A stretch of 63,375 nucleotides of DNA, the filler included, from Aduncisulcus paluster (taxonomy: Eukaryota), in NCBI GenBank assembly GCA_024181965.1. It is 9 parts of 9 records of this genome, joined end to end, with 100 filler letters (N's around TTAATTAATTAA, not from the genome) between each part and the next. Parts side by side here need not be neighbours in the genome. Positions count along the whole stretch, not along the records: positions 1 to 4,565 come from BQXS01011049.1; positions 4,666 to 12,678 come from BQXS01011050.1; positions 12,779 to 18,143 come from BQXS01011051.1; 6 more parts are not named here. One strand, 5' to 3'. Both the position numbers and the translations under genes were made by a program. The notes below the pieces were generated by a model, which was not told the origin of the DNA, did no database searches, and saw only the letters and a list, made by a program, of their open reading frames with translations. Every line of letters starts with the position of its first letter. Within the stretch, counting starts at the first letter, position 1. Below, piece by piece: positions 1 through 12,779 of the stretch.

Positions 1-231
1 TATTAGGTGGTAACAGACTGACTGCAGCAAGAAAAAGTTCTTTCAGACAAAAAGACTCTCAGAGTCTCTCAGAAAAACTGAAGTTTTTCTGAAAGAAAAA
101 TTTATATAGCAAAATATTACTTATCAAAAGGAAGTCTTTGTTTATTTCTTTTCGCACAAAGCAGAGTTTGCCGTCATATAAATAAAAAGTAGAGTCTGGA
201 TTCGTCCCGAAAAAAAACTTTGAGACTCAAA

Positions 232-2090
232 ATGGATGAATTTATTGAATTTGCTGATGATAAATGGCAAACTAAATCGCTAAAGGTGCCAAAAAGTATG
301 TTTTTTGCAGTTTAACAAAATGTCTTCAGTTATTGATCCTTCTTATTATTTAACTCGTAGCTTGCGCTGAAAAGGAAATCTGGATGCTTGTTGAACTTAT
401 TCAAAGAGCCAATTTTCGATTATCATTGGTTATGACTGGACTTGGATCTCAGACATCTTCTCTTCTTCTTCAACATGCTGGTGCCAGCCGTATTATTGAT
501 GATATTTATATTCCATATTCTGTTTCATCATGCAATGAATATATTGGCCATGAAATTCCCGGAAAAGCTGTGAGTGTAACGCGTGCCGAATCTCTCGCCC
601 TTATATGCCTTCAAAAAGGAATAACTCATTCATTAAAGGAGCCTTGTCATAGTATATTCACTTGCATATCGGTGGGTGTAACAGGATCTCTTTCTACCGC
701 AAGGGTCAGGCGAGGATTGAATCATATGTACATTTCCTCTTCTTCCCCTCTCTTGAAAACCATTTCATTGCATATTATCATAAAAAAGGAGGAAGATGGT
801 GGTCTTCCTCTCTCTCGTAGTGAACAAGAAACAATATCATCGTTTTTCATTCTCAATTTTATTGCATTATGTTGTGGCGTCTCTTCTGACTTTTTTCTTG
901 ATCCATTCCAAGCAATTGATCACCCTCTTTTAAAGGACCTCAAGGATCTCAATAAGCTTGATCCCATTGACTCTCCTGTACATAAGATTGAGTGGTTATC
1001 TGAGCAAAAACCCGTAGGAGTGCGTGTTTTTGATGGATTTGAGACTTTAGCGAAGACAAAACCAGGAGAAAAAATAGATTTATCAACTAAAATGGCAAAA
1101 TTATGTGCGATTTCTTCCCCATTAGCCATTTCTATGAAATCTTTCTCTTTTTTCATTCCTCTCCATAACCCTGCTTATTTCTCAAGTGAGCATCCAAAAT
1201 CTATTTTTAGCGAGCATTTGAGAGCCAGTTTCTTTGATAAATTGGACTGTGATTGTTCACTCTCTTCTCCTCCTTTTCTCACGTGTACTCCTTCTCCCTT
1301 GTCTCTCACCGCTGTTTTGAGTGGTTCTTTCAGGCCTTTCCATGCAGGACATGCAACATTGCTTATTTCAGGTATAGTAGCGCTCTTAATGCACAATCGA
1401 GACCTGATTGTATCGACTTATCGGAAAGAGGCCTCTCTAAAGCATCAGGGAAAGGGCCACTCTATTCCACCCAAGCATGAAGAAGAGCCATGTTTGAATG
1501 TCAATATGGTTTTTGAATTGAACGTTGTCAATGCTGATAAAGGAGTTCGTATGGATGGTATTGAACTCAACTCAAAAACACGACGGATTTTGGGATGGCT
1601 TGGGAGACATTACAAAGAGTTTGAAAAGAGTATTGTCAATTGGGTGATCAAATCCTCGGCTTCTCTTGATCATAAAGATGTATCTACGGATGAAGCTAAA
1701 GGAATCCATTCTGCATTTGTTGATATCTTGACACATCGATTCAAGCTCCTGCCGTATGTTGCTTTGACTCCAACTGCAACTTTCCTGGAGAAATCGTTGA
1801 TTTTCCCACAAAATTCCTATTTCATCCTTGGAAATGACACAATAACACGTGTGTTTGATCCTGTCTATTATGGTGGAGATGAAGGGCTTGAGATGTGTGA
1901 AGAAGCTTTCCGTGACCGAGGAATTCAATTTGTTGCCATGGGACGGTGTGACACGGATGGAAAATGGCACCATGGCCTCGAAGGTGTTCATGAGAAGATC
2001 CATGATATTTGTATCGAGGATGATTCTTTCAGATATGATATCTCTTCTACGACTATTCGAGGATCTGAGAATTGGTACTACGTGGGATAG
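232..2090 (+). CDS. CinA/PncC-like + HIGH-type nucleotidyltransferase (NMNAT/cytidylyltransferase-like) fusion; exons 232-295, 361-2090
   Basis: ATG at 232 joins the 384 ORF in frame across a 65-nt GTATGT...TTTAACTCGTAG intron. N-terminal TGLGSQ...LLQHAGASR...IPYS; C-terminal SGSFRPFHAGH, FELNVVNADK, TFLEKS, GNDTITRVFDPVYY, DISSTTIR motifs. Confidence 0.8.
296..360 (+). other. spliceosomal intron (65 nt)
   Basis: GTATGT donor, TAAC branch-like motif, TAG acceptor; removal restores the frame from ATG 232. Confidence 0.85.
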
Positions 2091-2452
2091 ACTGATGAAA
2101 TTTAAAGGGTAGAGATTGCGGTTTAAAGTTAGTTTGTCTTCTATGCTTAGAGTTAAGTATATAAACTAAACCAAAAAAAAAATTATTCATTCTTAAAAAT
2201 TTGTTGTTGTTTTTGTCAAATTTGTCTATTTTTGGCCATCTATTGTTCTTTTTGCGAATATTTTATATATTTCAGTATGATTTGTGTGGTTTTCCCCATT
2301 TTGTTGTATTATGTGTCAAATAGTTATCAAAGGACTTTGAATTCTCTCTGGAGTGAGAGAATCGTAATATTAATAATAAAATTGTTGACCTTTATTAGAC
2401 TGTTGAATATGATATTATGAGATTGAGGTTGAGAAAGACATTATTTGTAATT

Positions 2453-2748
2453 CTATTTCTTTTTGGGTGATACGGACATTCCTAATTCTTTCATGGCACA
2501 GAAAACGCCGAAACATAGTTGGGGATTCTGTCTTAACAATTGTCTGGCCTGTTCGGGTTCTGTTGCTGCCATTACTTTTAAGCTAACTAATATATCATAC
2601 ATTTCTTGGGGGGATAAAGAAGATATTGTTTCACTGATACCAGGAGGGTATTTTGAATCCTGAATCGAGAATTTATATTGAATGAGAAGAAAATAATGAA
2701 AATAATATTATAATAAAACAAAATACAACATACCTTATCAAAATCCAT
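2453..2748 (-). CDS. 73-aa stand-alone CstF-64/Rna15 hinge-domain protein; exons 2748-2734, 2659-2453
   Basis: Manual translation: MDFDK|DSKYPPGISETISSLSPQEMYDILVSLKVMAATEPEQARQLLRQNPQLCFGVFCAMKELGMSVSPKKK*. Matches the CSTF2 hinge pattern (ISxxxxSLPPEQM...PxxARxLLxQNPQL). Intron 2733-2660 is GTATGT...CAG, phase 0. Confidence 0.8.
2660..2733 (-). other. spliceosomal intron (74 nt)
   Basis: GTATGT...TTCAG on the minus strand, AT-rich, phase 0. Confidence 0.8.
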
Positions 2749-2839
2749 ATTTTATCTGTATTATATGATTGGAGATGCGATATATGTCCCAAAAACACAA
2801 ATTGCCTCTGTTTGAACGCAGGATAATAATTTATGTCAA

Positions 2840-4565
2840 ATGAAAGTGAAAAGATGGTCCATATATAATACTATTATGACAATTGGGAAATATTTCTACA
2901 CAATTCCTTCTCCAGTGACCTCTTATGCTCCTAGGCACCCACAATTCATATTCGGAAGGATTTTTACCAAGGAATTTGGAGTACCCGTAATCTTGACATT
3001 ATTATCTACAATATTTAAAATTTATTTTGATTCAGTACTCATAATTTGGGACCCTGATGAAATTTCAACAGAACAGTATTATCATGCTTGTTTTCTTCAA
3101 TTATGTCTTCTATTTTTCACTACACTTGTATTTAACATCGTATATAGCATTATTATAAAATGTAAAAAATCGTCTATGCAAAAACAAAATCAATCATTAT
3201 CTAATTCAGCGTCAACTGAATATGAATCCATATATCAAGACAAAATAGTCATGCCAAAGATGGACATTAGTGAATATAGTGATTCATCAGCTGTAGATCC
3301 ATTATCTTCTCTTGGAAGCACAGTTTTATCGTTCCCTCTTTTTTCATCCACTTCCAATGAATCTTCTCTTACCTTCCCTTCTCTATCGGCCTCTCATTCA
3401 AGTTATTCCAAAAATAATTATTCTACTGATGTTCAATCATGCATTGAAGAAGTATCGGTCGGGTTCAACGCTTCCTTCACTCCTCGCTATTCTCGTGCCT
3501 TTTTCGGCCAACAACTACCATCAATTCACAATCATAGACACCTTGGTGGGAGGATATCGTCCCTTGTGTCGAGCCAGCCAATCTCAAGAAGGCGGAGTGA
3601 AGGTTCTTGGGATCACACTTCCCAGTTCAGTCGAAACAGTTCAATTATTAATTTTGGAAAGCATTCTAATCTCCACTTACCTGGCCATGACACTCACTCC
3701 TCTTTCTTCCACCAGGTTGATCCCATGCTTCTGGAATCCTCCTCTGACCAACCGCTTCTCTCCTCGTCCTCTGAGCTTTCATCCTCTCTCCTGGTTCGTG
3801 TGAAGCAATACGATGCCTCTCTGAAGAAAACTGGGGAAAATATCGAAGCGCTTGAGACTGACACACAAGAGAGGGAGAAAACCCTCATTCGTCTGCTCAA
3901 ACGGCGTGTAAATGCATATCAAAAGGAACTCATTCATCTGTGTCATGTATACCATCCCCAAGACATTGCTTTCAGGGATGCCCAGACAAAATTAGCAGCA
4001 ATAACATCTCTGTCACTCTCCTCTCCGTCAACATCTGATCATCAACAATCATATCCGTCTTCCGGTGGGAACCGGCAAAAATACCGGCAAAAATACCAGG
4101 AGAAGAGAGAGAGAAAAGAAAGAAAGCAGGGTAAACAAAAGAAGAAATCCCAAACTTCAAAATCAATATCATCAAAAAAACAAACAACTTCTATCAAGAA
4201 ATCTCAATCTCACTCCACTCATCCTCAACCTCCTTCCATGGGCCCTTCGATGCAGCAACAGTCGCATATAATAACGAATTCGTTGATTTCTAACAATCCC
4301 AATGACCTTACTCGCCCCATCTCAACCCCTCATGATCTCACTTCTTACTCAGAGCGATCTGATCACCTTGATATGGTCACTGGAGCTCAGCTGAGATATA
4401 GAGGAGATGGAGGTCGTATTTTTAATGGCCAAGATACTGCATCTCGTCGTATTACTAGTGTGTCAACGAAAAAGGAAGAAGAGAGGAGGAGGAGAGAAGA
4501 GGAGGAAGATGATGATGATGGATTCCTGTCCATCTCTGATCCCAATGTTTTATTAAACCGTGCGA
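2840..4565 (+). CDS. hypothetical protein with two N-terminal hydrophobic (TM-like) helices, Ser-rich region and coiled coil; 3' partial
   Basis: Long ORF open to the contig end; hydrophobic stretches FGVPVILTLLSTIFKIYF and FLQLCLLFFTTLVFNIVYSIII. Confidence 0.65.
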
Positions 4566-4665
4566 NNNNNNNNNNNNNNNNNNNNNNNNNNNNNNNNNNN
4601 NNNNNNNNNTTAATTAATTAANNNNNNNNNNNNNNNNNNNNNNNNNNNNNNNNNNNNNNNNNNNN
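4566..4665. other. artificial contig spacer (N-TTAATTAATTAA-N)
   Basis: 100-nt spacer carrying a six-frame stop linker. Confidence 0.97.
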
Positions 4666-4897
4666 CAGGACAGAGATACGTGCTATACACACCACAAACG
4701 CAGTGTTATACGCTACGCTTGTAACCCTTTTGATCAAGATACCCTTGTAGAACCGTGAGATATCGAAGATACTCCCGTAAAGTAAGAGGAGGATGTGGTA
4801 ATGTCTCAGGATCTATAAATAGACACGTTCGGTGAACTGTCATATCAATAAATTGTAAATCGTTTATTATACGTACTACCACAATTATTGTATGACG

Positions 4898-5158
4898 TTA
4901 GCAATTTATTGAATAAATGTGATCGGAGTGGGTCAGTTCTATAAATAGATCATTGAGAACTTCACATGCCGTTTGTTGTTGAGTAATGAGCTTGTTGAGC
5001 GTGGAAATTTCAGTAGTAGGAATTTCGACAGCCTCGGTGTGATCAGCACCGGAAATTATTTTCATGGAATGCGCAGGAGTAGTTTCTTCCTTGCCAGATC
5101 CCGGTCTGGCCTCCAGTTGTATTCTTTGAAATTGTTTCTCCAAATCTTTGCTTCTCAT
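4898..5158 (-). CDS. possible short hypothetical protein
   Basis: 86-aa ATG ORF, no recognisable motif. Confidence 0.25.
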   Translation of the reverse strand: MRSKDLEKQFQRIQLEARPGSGKEETTPAHSMKIISGADHTEAVEIPTTEISTLNKLITQQQTACEVLNDLFIELTHSDHIYSINC

Positions 5159-5753
5159 TTAAAATATTATAATTCAGTATAAGCAAAGTTTTAGAAAAGT
5201 ATTCAAATAAGAAATAACAATAATATTATTGTTAACCCTGTTTAGGGTGGCTAGCAAATTTATTATCGAGAATTAGAGCCGGTACATGCCGGTAACTACC
5301 GGTTATACATCAACATTATCAACATTCACAACGCAGATTGAACATATCTTTGTGAATAAATCGTTTATTGAAGTTGTTGTAGTACATCATGTGGAAATGT
5401 GACAACCTATATCTTATTCGATATGAATATAAGATATCATGATCATATTATGAATCATAATATTTACCCAAACTTATAAATTGGATCAAGCGATATCCCA
5501 AAAGAGCTTGTCACAGAAAGTTCAAAAGAAAAGATAAGCATTAACTTTTAAGGAACAAAAAAGCATGGATACGGTCTCATTGAGAACAACGAAAGAAACA
5601 CAAATACAAACATAAAATAATCACCAGAAATAAGACTCAAATTAGTTCAACAATATCGTTACAAAAGAGGGATACAAAAAATAACAAACATGCTACTAGC
5701 ATTATTTAGTATATATAAAAAGATAAAATACATATAATAACAAAAAATAATTC

Positions 5754-8700
5754 TCATTCAAACAATTCCTCAACACCCGCCGAATGCATTTCAATCCTGT
5801 TATACATCTCATTGCGCATTCGCTTCTCGATGAGGTAAGGAAGTTGGAATACATATGAACCGTATGTTTTCGACAGTTTCAGAACATTTGAATACGATTC
5901 AAATTCCATTGTTTTAGCCTTTCCATGATCAAATTGTGAGGCCGAGAATATTTTGGAACACTTCAAGTCTTCTCCATTCCATGGACAATACAATCTTCTC
6001 TTCTCATCAGGAAGTTTGTAGTCTTTTATATGATAATGTGCAGATAAATTCTTCATCGTCTCCTCTTGACACAGCATATACTCGCATAGAACATTACCAC
6101 GGATATACACTTCGAACTTGGGGGATTTCGAGGATATGGGGGCCGACACATGGATTGCAGAACTCCTTTTAACGATCAGGCTCGGAATCTGATGAATCAT
6201 GGAAGTGGATCTGTATCGCTTACAGGATCGTCTCAAAGAACTCCAAAGATGATGGATAGAACGACTTTTTCGAAGCACAGTAAAATATTCCTCACATATA
6301 TTGGGATCTTTACAGATCATTGAACACCACACCATCCGTGCATCAAACTCGGGGCAAAAGTTTCGATAGTGCCGAATGGATGTCACCAAACTAGCCCAGT
6401 ACTTTCCAGCCAACCGAACACTCCGCTTGTAGATAGCGTTGAACCATGGGACAAGATGTTTCCAAACACCGTTGATGACTTTCTTTATCTTCACTTTCGA
6501 ACAGAGACAGAAGAAATTAGAGTACAGCCGAAGCAAAACATGCATATCTTCGGAGATCAACAAGGACTCNNNNNNNNNNNNNNNNNNNNACATGGATTGC
6601 AGAACTCCTTTTAACGATCAGGCTCGGAATCTGATGAATCATGGAAGTGGATCTGTATCGCTTACAGGATCGTCTCAAAGAACTCCAAAGATGATGGATA
6701 GAACGACTTTTTCGAAGCACAGTAAAATATTCCTCACATATATTGGGATCTTTACAGATCATTGAACACCACACCATCCGTGCATCAAACTCGGGGCAAA
6801 AGTTTCGATAGTGCCGAATGGATGTCACCAAACTAGCCCAGTACTTTCCAGCCAACCGAACACTCCGCTTGTAGATAGCGTTGAACCATGGGACAAGATG
6901 TTTCCAAACACCGTTGATGACTTTCTTTATCTTCACTTTCGAACAGAGACAGAAGAAATTAGAGTACAGCCGAAGCAAAACATGCATATCTTCGGAGATC
7001 AACAAGGACTCTCCTCCAAATTCTTTTTTAACATAATGTTGAATCAATGAGAAAAACTCAAACACCCTTCTACAATTCTTCACAGATGGAACATTGTCAT
7101 CAGGGTTCCATGTCAAGTTAGTCAACAATGTGACAAAAGATGCAAACCCAGAAACAAATGTATCAGAAGAAACCTCATGATACACCCAGTGCAAGACTCG
7201 AAGATAATCATCCTTGATGGAAAACAGAAAGTCCAAAATATTTGTTCGAGTTCCACTGAAAATAGATCTTGACAATGTGCATAAGATGGAATTAATGAGG
7301 CCAAATTCCTCTTTAAGAATTGTTGAACGCTCTTGAGAAAGATCCCCGCGAGGTTTATGGTAGTTATAGACAGGACCTGTGGAGGAATGTGAATGATCCG
7401 TGAGACCGGTCTTGGATAAGACAGAACGGATGAAAGGAGAAATGATGGAAATTAGAGAATCGTAATTCTCAACACCAAAGAATTCTGCACCTTTCACACA
7501 GATCTCCAACAAATCCAATCCCACAGCGCCTTGCAACACATACTCAATCGGAATAAATAGAGGAATGAATGTATCGATCAAATCATGGATCCGAGAAAAA
7601 TACTCTCGAGGTCTGACAAAAAGCTTCAAATATTGGCAACATTGAACAATTGGCTCTTCTGAATTCCTCATGATTTTATCACTCGCAGAGAATCGTTTCA
7701 AAAGTTGAACCAATGCATCACGCTGGGAATCATACTCATGTTCCCGATACATGATCATATCATTGGAAAGAGCTTCCTCAATCGTACTCAGAATAGACAC
7801 ACAATTGTCCAAGAAAACTTTCAAATCCTCAACTTTTGCCCCATTCCTATTGCACCATTGCATCGAAAGAGTGTGTTCCTGGAGAAGAACAGAGTTTGCA
7901 GAACACTCTGAAAGGGTTGCCAATAGTTGTGATATGCTCCGAATATTCCTACGATCAAACCGACCTCTCGTATCTTTCGTNNNNNNNNNNNNNNNNNNNN
8001 TCATATCATTGGAAAGAGCTTCCTCAATCGTACTCAGAATAGACACACAATTGTCCAAGAAAACTTTCAAATCCTCAACTTCTGCCCCATTCCTATTGCA
8101 CCATTGCATCGAAAGAGTGTGTTCCTGGAGAAGAACAGAGTTTGCAGAACACTCTGAAAGGGTTGCCAATAGTTGTGATATGCTCCGAATATTCCTACGA
8201 TCAAACCGACCTCTCGTATCTTTCGTTGCTTTGATTGCTTCAAACCAACCTCCAACATGCCTCTTGATGGTTGAATAGATCGGTTTATAATATGCAACAT
8301 CACAACATAGATTCAACATAAATCTAAGCACGCAACCAATATCATCGCTAAGGAACTTCAAATCCTTCGGTCTGTCTGGACAATACTGTGGGAATACACG
8401 GGAAATGCGAGGGAGTATCTGGATGAATCTCTTACAAACAGGAACAGCCACATCATTCAATTGGTGATCCCAAGTAACTTGTGCCAAGGTCTTGAACCAT
8501 TTCCCAATGAACTCTTTCCCCCTCCCTTTGTACCAATCAGTAGCAATACACACGTCGAACAGGACCTTCACATCATGGAACACCTGCTCTTGGATCTCGG
8601 AGAAAGAGAACCGAGAGATAGCTTCGAGGATGTCCATGACAGTCTCCACTCTATCCGCAAGGAAGTCCAACTCTCGAGGGGAACAATGGGCACTTCTTCC

Positions 8701-11034
8701 AGTGCCATCACTACTATCACTAAGGGGAATGCAGAGATGGGAGGAAATGTATCTTGTCACGAAATCAAGGAGGTGCTGATAGGTCGTACTGAATCGTAGC
8801 TTTCTTTTGGACACTCTCTCATTTCCCCGGATGAATTGGTATCCAAGCTCAAGGATATCATCCAAAATGTCCCGAGATGGAGATAATAACTTTTCCTCGA
8901 CATTCATCCCCACCAATCCAAACCATTGCTCAAAGGTTGTATTCAGAGCAGCGAGAGACAGCAATTGTTCAGATTTGGAGAGTATCTTTGTCTCATTCTC
9001 AAAGGAATGTCTGTACCACGAAGACAGAACAACACACAGATACTTTGAGGCTTGATGTATGGATAGCTTTGAGTCCACGGCCAGTGTGGATGGCGTCGAT
9101 CCAGAACACATCATCATCTCGGGCTCAAACATTGAGAACAAGGTATTTCGAGAAGAGATAAAAATAGAACAAACACTCAAAACATCCATATCATCATCCA
9201 AGCTCTTGAGAGAGAATGCATCAATTTTCATTGTATCGTGTTTCTTTGCCATGAACTTCACGTGTGTAAACTTCGATGTTCGTTGCGTCAAGTCAAGGGT
9301 TTTGTTATGCCCACAGCACCATTCAAATGCATCCAGAAGTTTGTCTTGAAAGAATAATGGGTGGATTTGCTCGCATTTTGATGCAGATACCATTATATTC
9401 GTCCACTTCAGAGCAATAGAAGCCAATAAATCAGGGCTCACATGATATGCAGCTATGTCATGCCTTTTCATGAGGGATATCCATTCAAACAGAATATGTT
9501 CAATCCGAAGGAAGATGAGTGATGTGAAGAAAGAGGAATGAGAAAGAGGAGGAGTGTCAATGAAGATATTAAAGAAATCAAGAACATGGACCATCACAGA
9601 ATTGGAAAATAAAATAGAAGAATCGTTGATACTGGTCTCAAGCATATTACAACTCCGTAAAAATAATGGAACGGATTCTAATAATAGCGCTGCATGTTTC
9701 TCACTTTGTTTCTCCTTCGCAGAAAAAGAAGAAACAATATTCGTTGTTATCCTCAAAATGGAGGCAAAACTCTCCCCATCGGATTCTATATCTCTCATCT
9801 GTGAGAAAATGGCCATGAAATGCTGAATAAACATATCGAACATCGCTTGATGAATGTCAACGGGAAGCGTGGATACTTCGACAAGAGTGGAGAGAAGGGA
9901 ATGAAGAATGTTGGCAGAAGACTTGATCTGAGCTTTCTTCTTTAGAAAATCAATACACTCTGGGAATACTAGACGTTCAAACCAACTGAAGAAAGGTTGT
10001 GCAAACACATCTATTTTCGTCTCTCGTAACTTTTGAGCAAATATTGTGGAAAGTTTGAAGAAATGTTCATAATTCCACCTCCCAAGAGTGTCTTTGATGC
10101 TTGTATATCCAGTGAAGATCCGGACGATATCTGAGAGTGGGATGAATGCGGCGGATAACTCAACAAGTTCACACACACATTTCCATGCAATGATGATAGT
10201 GCAACGACATTTGTTCCTCTCTCTCCTCGAAAACTTAGAATAGTAACATACTTCCTCGATCAATTGCTCTGAATGTTTCTTATACTCTATTTTACCCAAC
10301 TTCAAGCCTCTGTCTCGTCGAAGAACAACACAGCGAATATTATCCAACAATGAATCAAAAGGAACACGAATCCTTTTGCCTTTCCAAGATATCCAGACAG
10401 AGTTACACAGATACCTCGCATAATCGAGGGATGTTCCAGAATATAACCAACACTTTCTCACAACAGAACTATATTTGGTCATCTGAGAAGAAAGGGAAGG
10501 AATAGTAGCAAACATAGCCACTAATCGAGCCCAATAACGAACACCCTTTCTACATTTATGATCGAAATATAGTTTGATCAATTCATCTAAATGGGGTTGA
10601 ATCCTGTCATACAACAAAGCTCCATGTAAGAAATCACAAGAAAAGAAGGAAAGCAAGTCAATACCTTCAAGAAATGCATCCTTCAGCGAATGATCAGAGA
10701 GATTGTCCAGGAAAGCATCAAGAAGAGGTGGGAAATATTCCCACAATGTACAGCACCGTGAAGAATGAAATAAGTCGGGATTTTTGTCATCTTGACATAG
10801 ATTATGAAACACAATGATCCAATTCTTCACGGATCTAACGTCATGTTTCTTAGTATCAAACAATTGACCGAAATGTTCGATTATCAGGTCCATCAGAGGC
10901 CCGATAGCCGAAGAAAGGGAAGAAAGTTTCACCATACTCTCCTCGAGTCGCCTCGTATTTTTTTCATATTCAGAAAAAGAAGGAGAATAGTTGATGAGAT
11001 CACATAGAATCGCTAGATCACTCGCAATAGTCAT
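5754..11034 (-). CDS. large alpha-helical (ARM/HEAT-like) repeat hypothetical protein, ~1530 aa after collapsing two gap duplications
   Basis: ORFs 6517-11034 and 5754-6593 merge when the 442- and 246-nt gap offsets are removed (4593 nt, in frame). Recurrent 'H+xxW...W...WC' modules. Confidence 0.75.
6148..7011. repeat. 422-bp duplication across a 20-N gap (6148-6569 = 6590-7011); scaffold overlap artefact
   Basis: Direct copies on both sides of the N gap. Confidence 0.9.
7755..8226. repeat. 226-bp duplication across a 20-N gap (7755-7980 vs 8001-8226) with one SNP
   Basis: T7836 vs C8082 (K/E). Confidence 0.9.
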
Positions 11035-11604
11035 ACAAACAGCAAAAAAAAAGCCACCCCGAGATATAGTTCATATAAAAGATTATATTATTTATGAATT
11101 TTATCAAATATTTAAAAATACTAAAGAATATGCGTTTTATTTTACATATTAATGCGTATTCGGGGTTGTATATTTAAAAATATTTTTTCTCATTCTATAA
11201 TAAATAATTCAATAATTATACATTTAAAACACTAATAATTCTATCAATTACTTTCATTTATTATGTTATTCTGTCCACTACTTGTGTGGATATGGCAAAA
11301 AACAAAAAACAATTTTTCTCGGCAATGGAGTTATTTCGGCTCGCGCATCTCTGAAAATTTGCCTTATGAAAGCGAAGATTTAGCCACCAATTTGCAGCAT
11401 TTTTGAATCATCGAATTACGAACCTGTCTGCCAGGCTAAAGGCAGAATCTGCCCTATCAAGAGCTAAATCTATCTTATCAAACGAATATACATTTATATT
11501 ACACTATAACTTATCTTAGTACGCATAAAAATGCAAGAGTTGCCGTGCCAGGTGTTTTTTTTAGAAAGATATACGCCGTAGATCTATTTTTTTATTCCTA
11601 ATTC

Positions 11605-11993
11605 TCTGCATTGAATCATTCAATGGTATAAGTTTCAGACTCTACCAAGATGGCCGAATTCTTGTCTAAGTCACTGTGCCTTGACTGTAATAAGCAAACG
11701 TCGTGGCATTGGTGGACAAGTATATTGGGTCGCTAACTGTGAAGAAAAAGGAGTAGTATTTGTAATATTACCCAGAGGTGAGGATAGAATCCCCAGATTG
11801 GAGAAAATATCTCACTTATATTGGTTTTGCTGTTGAATCCAAGGAAATGGTTTATAAAATCGCAGAAATGGCCAAAGATGATCATATCTTAGAGTTTGGT
11901 CCTAAAATGCTCCCTCCTCCAACAAATTATGTCGCTCTTGTTCGTTACAACCCAAAGTCGAAAGGATTTATTCAAATTTTGAATATTGAATAG
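11605..11993 (+). pseudogene. decayed VOC/glyoxalase-superfamily gene
   Basis: Segments in different frames: LNHSMV*VSDSTKMAEFLSK / ALTVISKRRGIGGQVYWVANCEEKGVVFVILP / YIGFAVESKEMVYKIAEMAK...GPKMLPPPTNYVALVRYNP; one stop (11629) and two frameshifts. Confidence 0.55.
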
Positions 11994-12014
11994 TCAATAG
12001 TCTTCTAAGAACTT

Positions 12015-12678
12015 CTAAGAATGCCGCTGTAAATACAATAAATTTCCCACGATCCAGAATTTGTGTAATGTCACCATATCAGCACAAAAAATGTGGAATA
12101 ATTCATATTTCTTCTCACCTTTAACCAGTTTTGGAGGTCTCTCAACGATAAATGTAACAATGCATCCAGAAAACCCTTTCCCAAGCATCTTCAAGCCACT
12201 GAACATTGAAGTAAAAGGAATGTGATTCTTTTTCAGGTCAGAGGATTGAACTTGATATATTGATGGATCGCGTGATAGGAATCTTTCAACAATCTTGGTA
12301 GAAAATCCATCAAAAGAAGAAGAAGAAGAAGAAGAAGAAGAAGAAGAAGAAGAAGAAGAAGGTGAGTGTTCTATTTTTAGATCTTCAAGCGACTTGCATT
12401 GATCCTCAATATTAATACAAGAAGGACGACAATAATGGTCGGATGAAAGGGTATCTATTTTTGTCAATTCTGAGAAACAAGAGATTGAACCGAGTTCGCT
12501 TCCAATAATATCATCCCCGAAGTGAATTCCGATAAGTTTCCCCTTTAAATCCTTCTCAATGGATATATAGGCACTCTTGGAGTCGTTGGAACTCAAATAA
12601 AGATGCAAACTCGGCAATGCCCTGGAATATGACATCCTTTCCTTCGAGTAACGTTCAACTTCATCCTTACATATTTCA
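12015..12678 (-). CDS. hypothetical protein, 5' partial, with poly-Ser tract
   Basis: Frame open to the contig edge (EICKDEVERYSKERMSYS...). Confidence 0.6.
12316..12360. repeat. (GAA)15 microsatellite encoding poly-Ser on the minus strand
   Basis: Perfect trinucleotide run. Confidence 0.95.
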
Positions 12679-12778
12679 NNNNNNNNNNNNNNNNNNNNNN
12701 NNNNNNNNNNNNNNNNNNNNNNTTAATTAATTAANNNNNNNNNNNNNNNNNNNNNNNNNNNNNNNNNNNNNNNNNNNN
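12679..12778. other. artificial contig spacer
   Basis: N-TTAATTAATTAA-N. Confidence 0.97.
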
Positions 12779-12779
12779 G

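Noticed and set aside
4666-4820. Degenerate coding-like stretch at the contig start (possible TE remnant)
   Set aside because: Multiple stops and no recognisable motif.
11440-11462. SSU rRNA-like TCTGCCCTATCAA
   Set aside because: Only a ~13-nt match; flanks are not rRNA-like.
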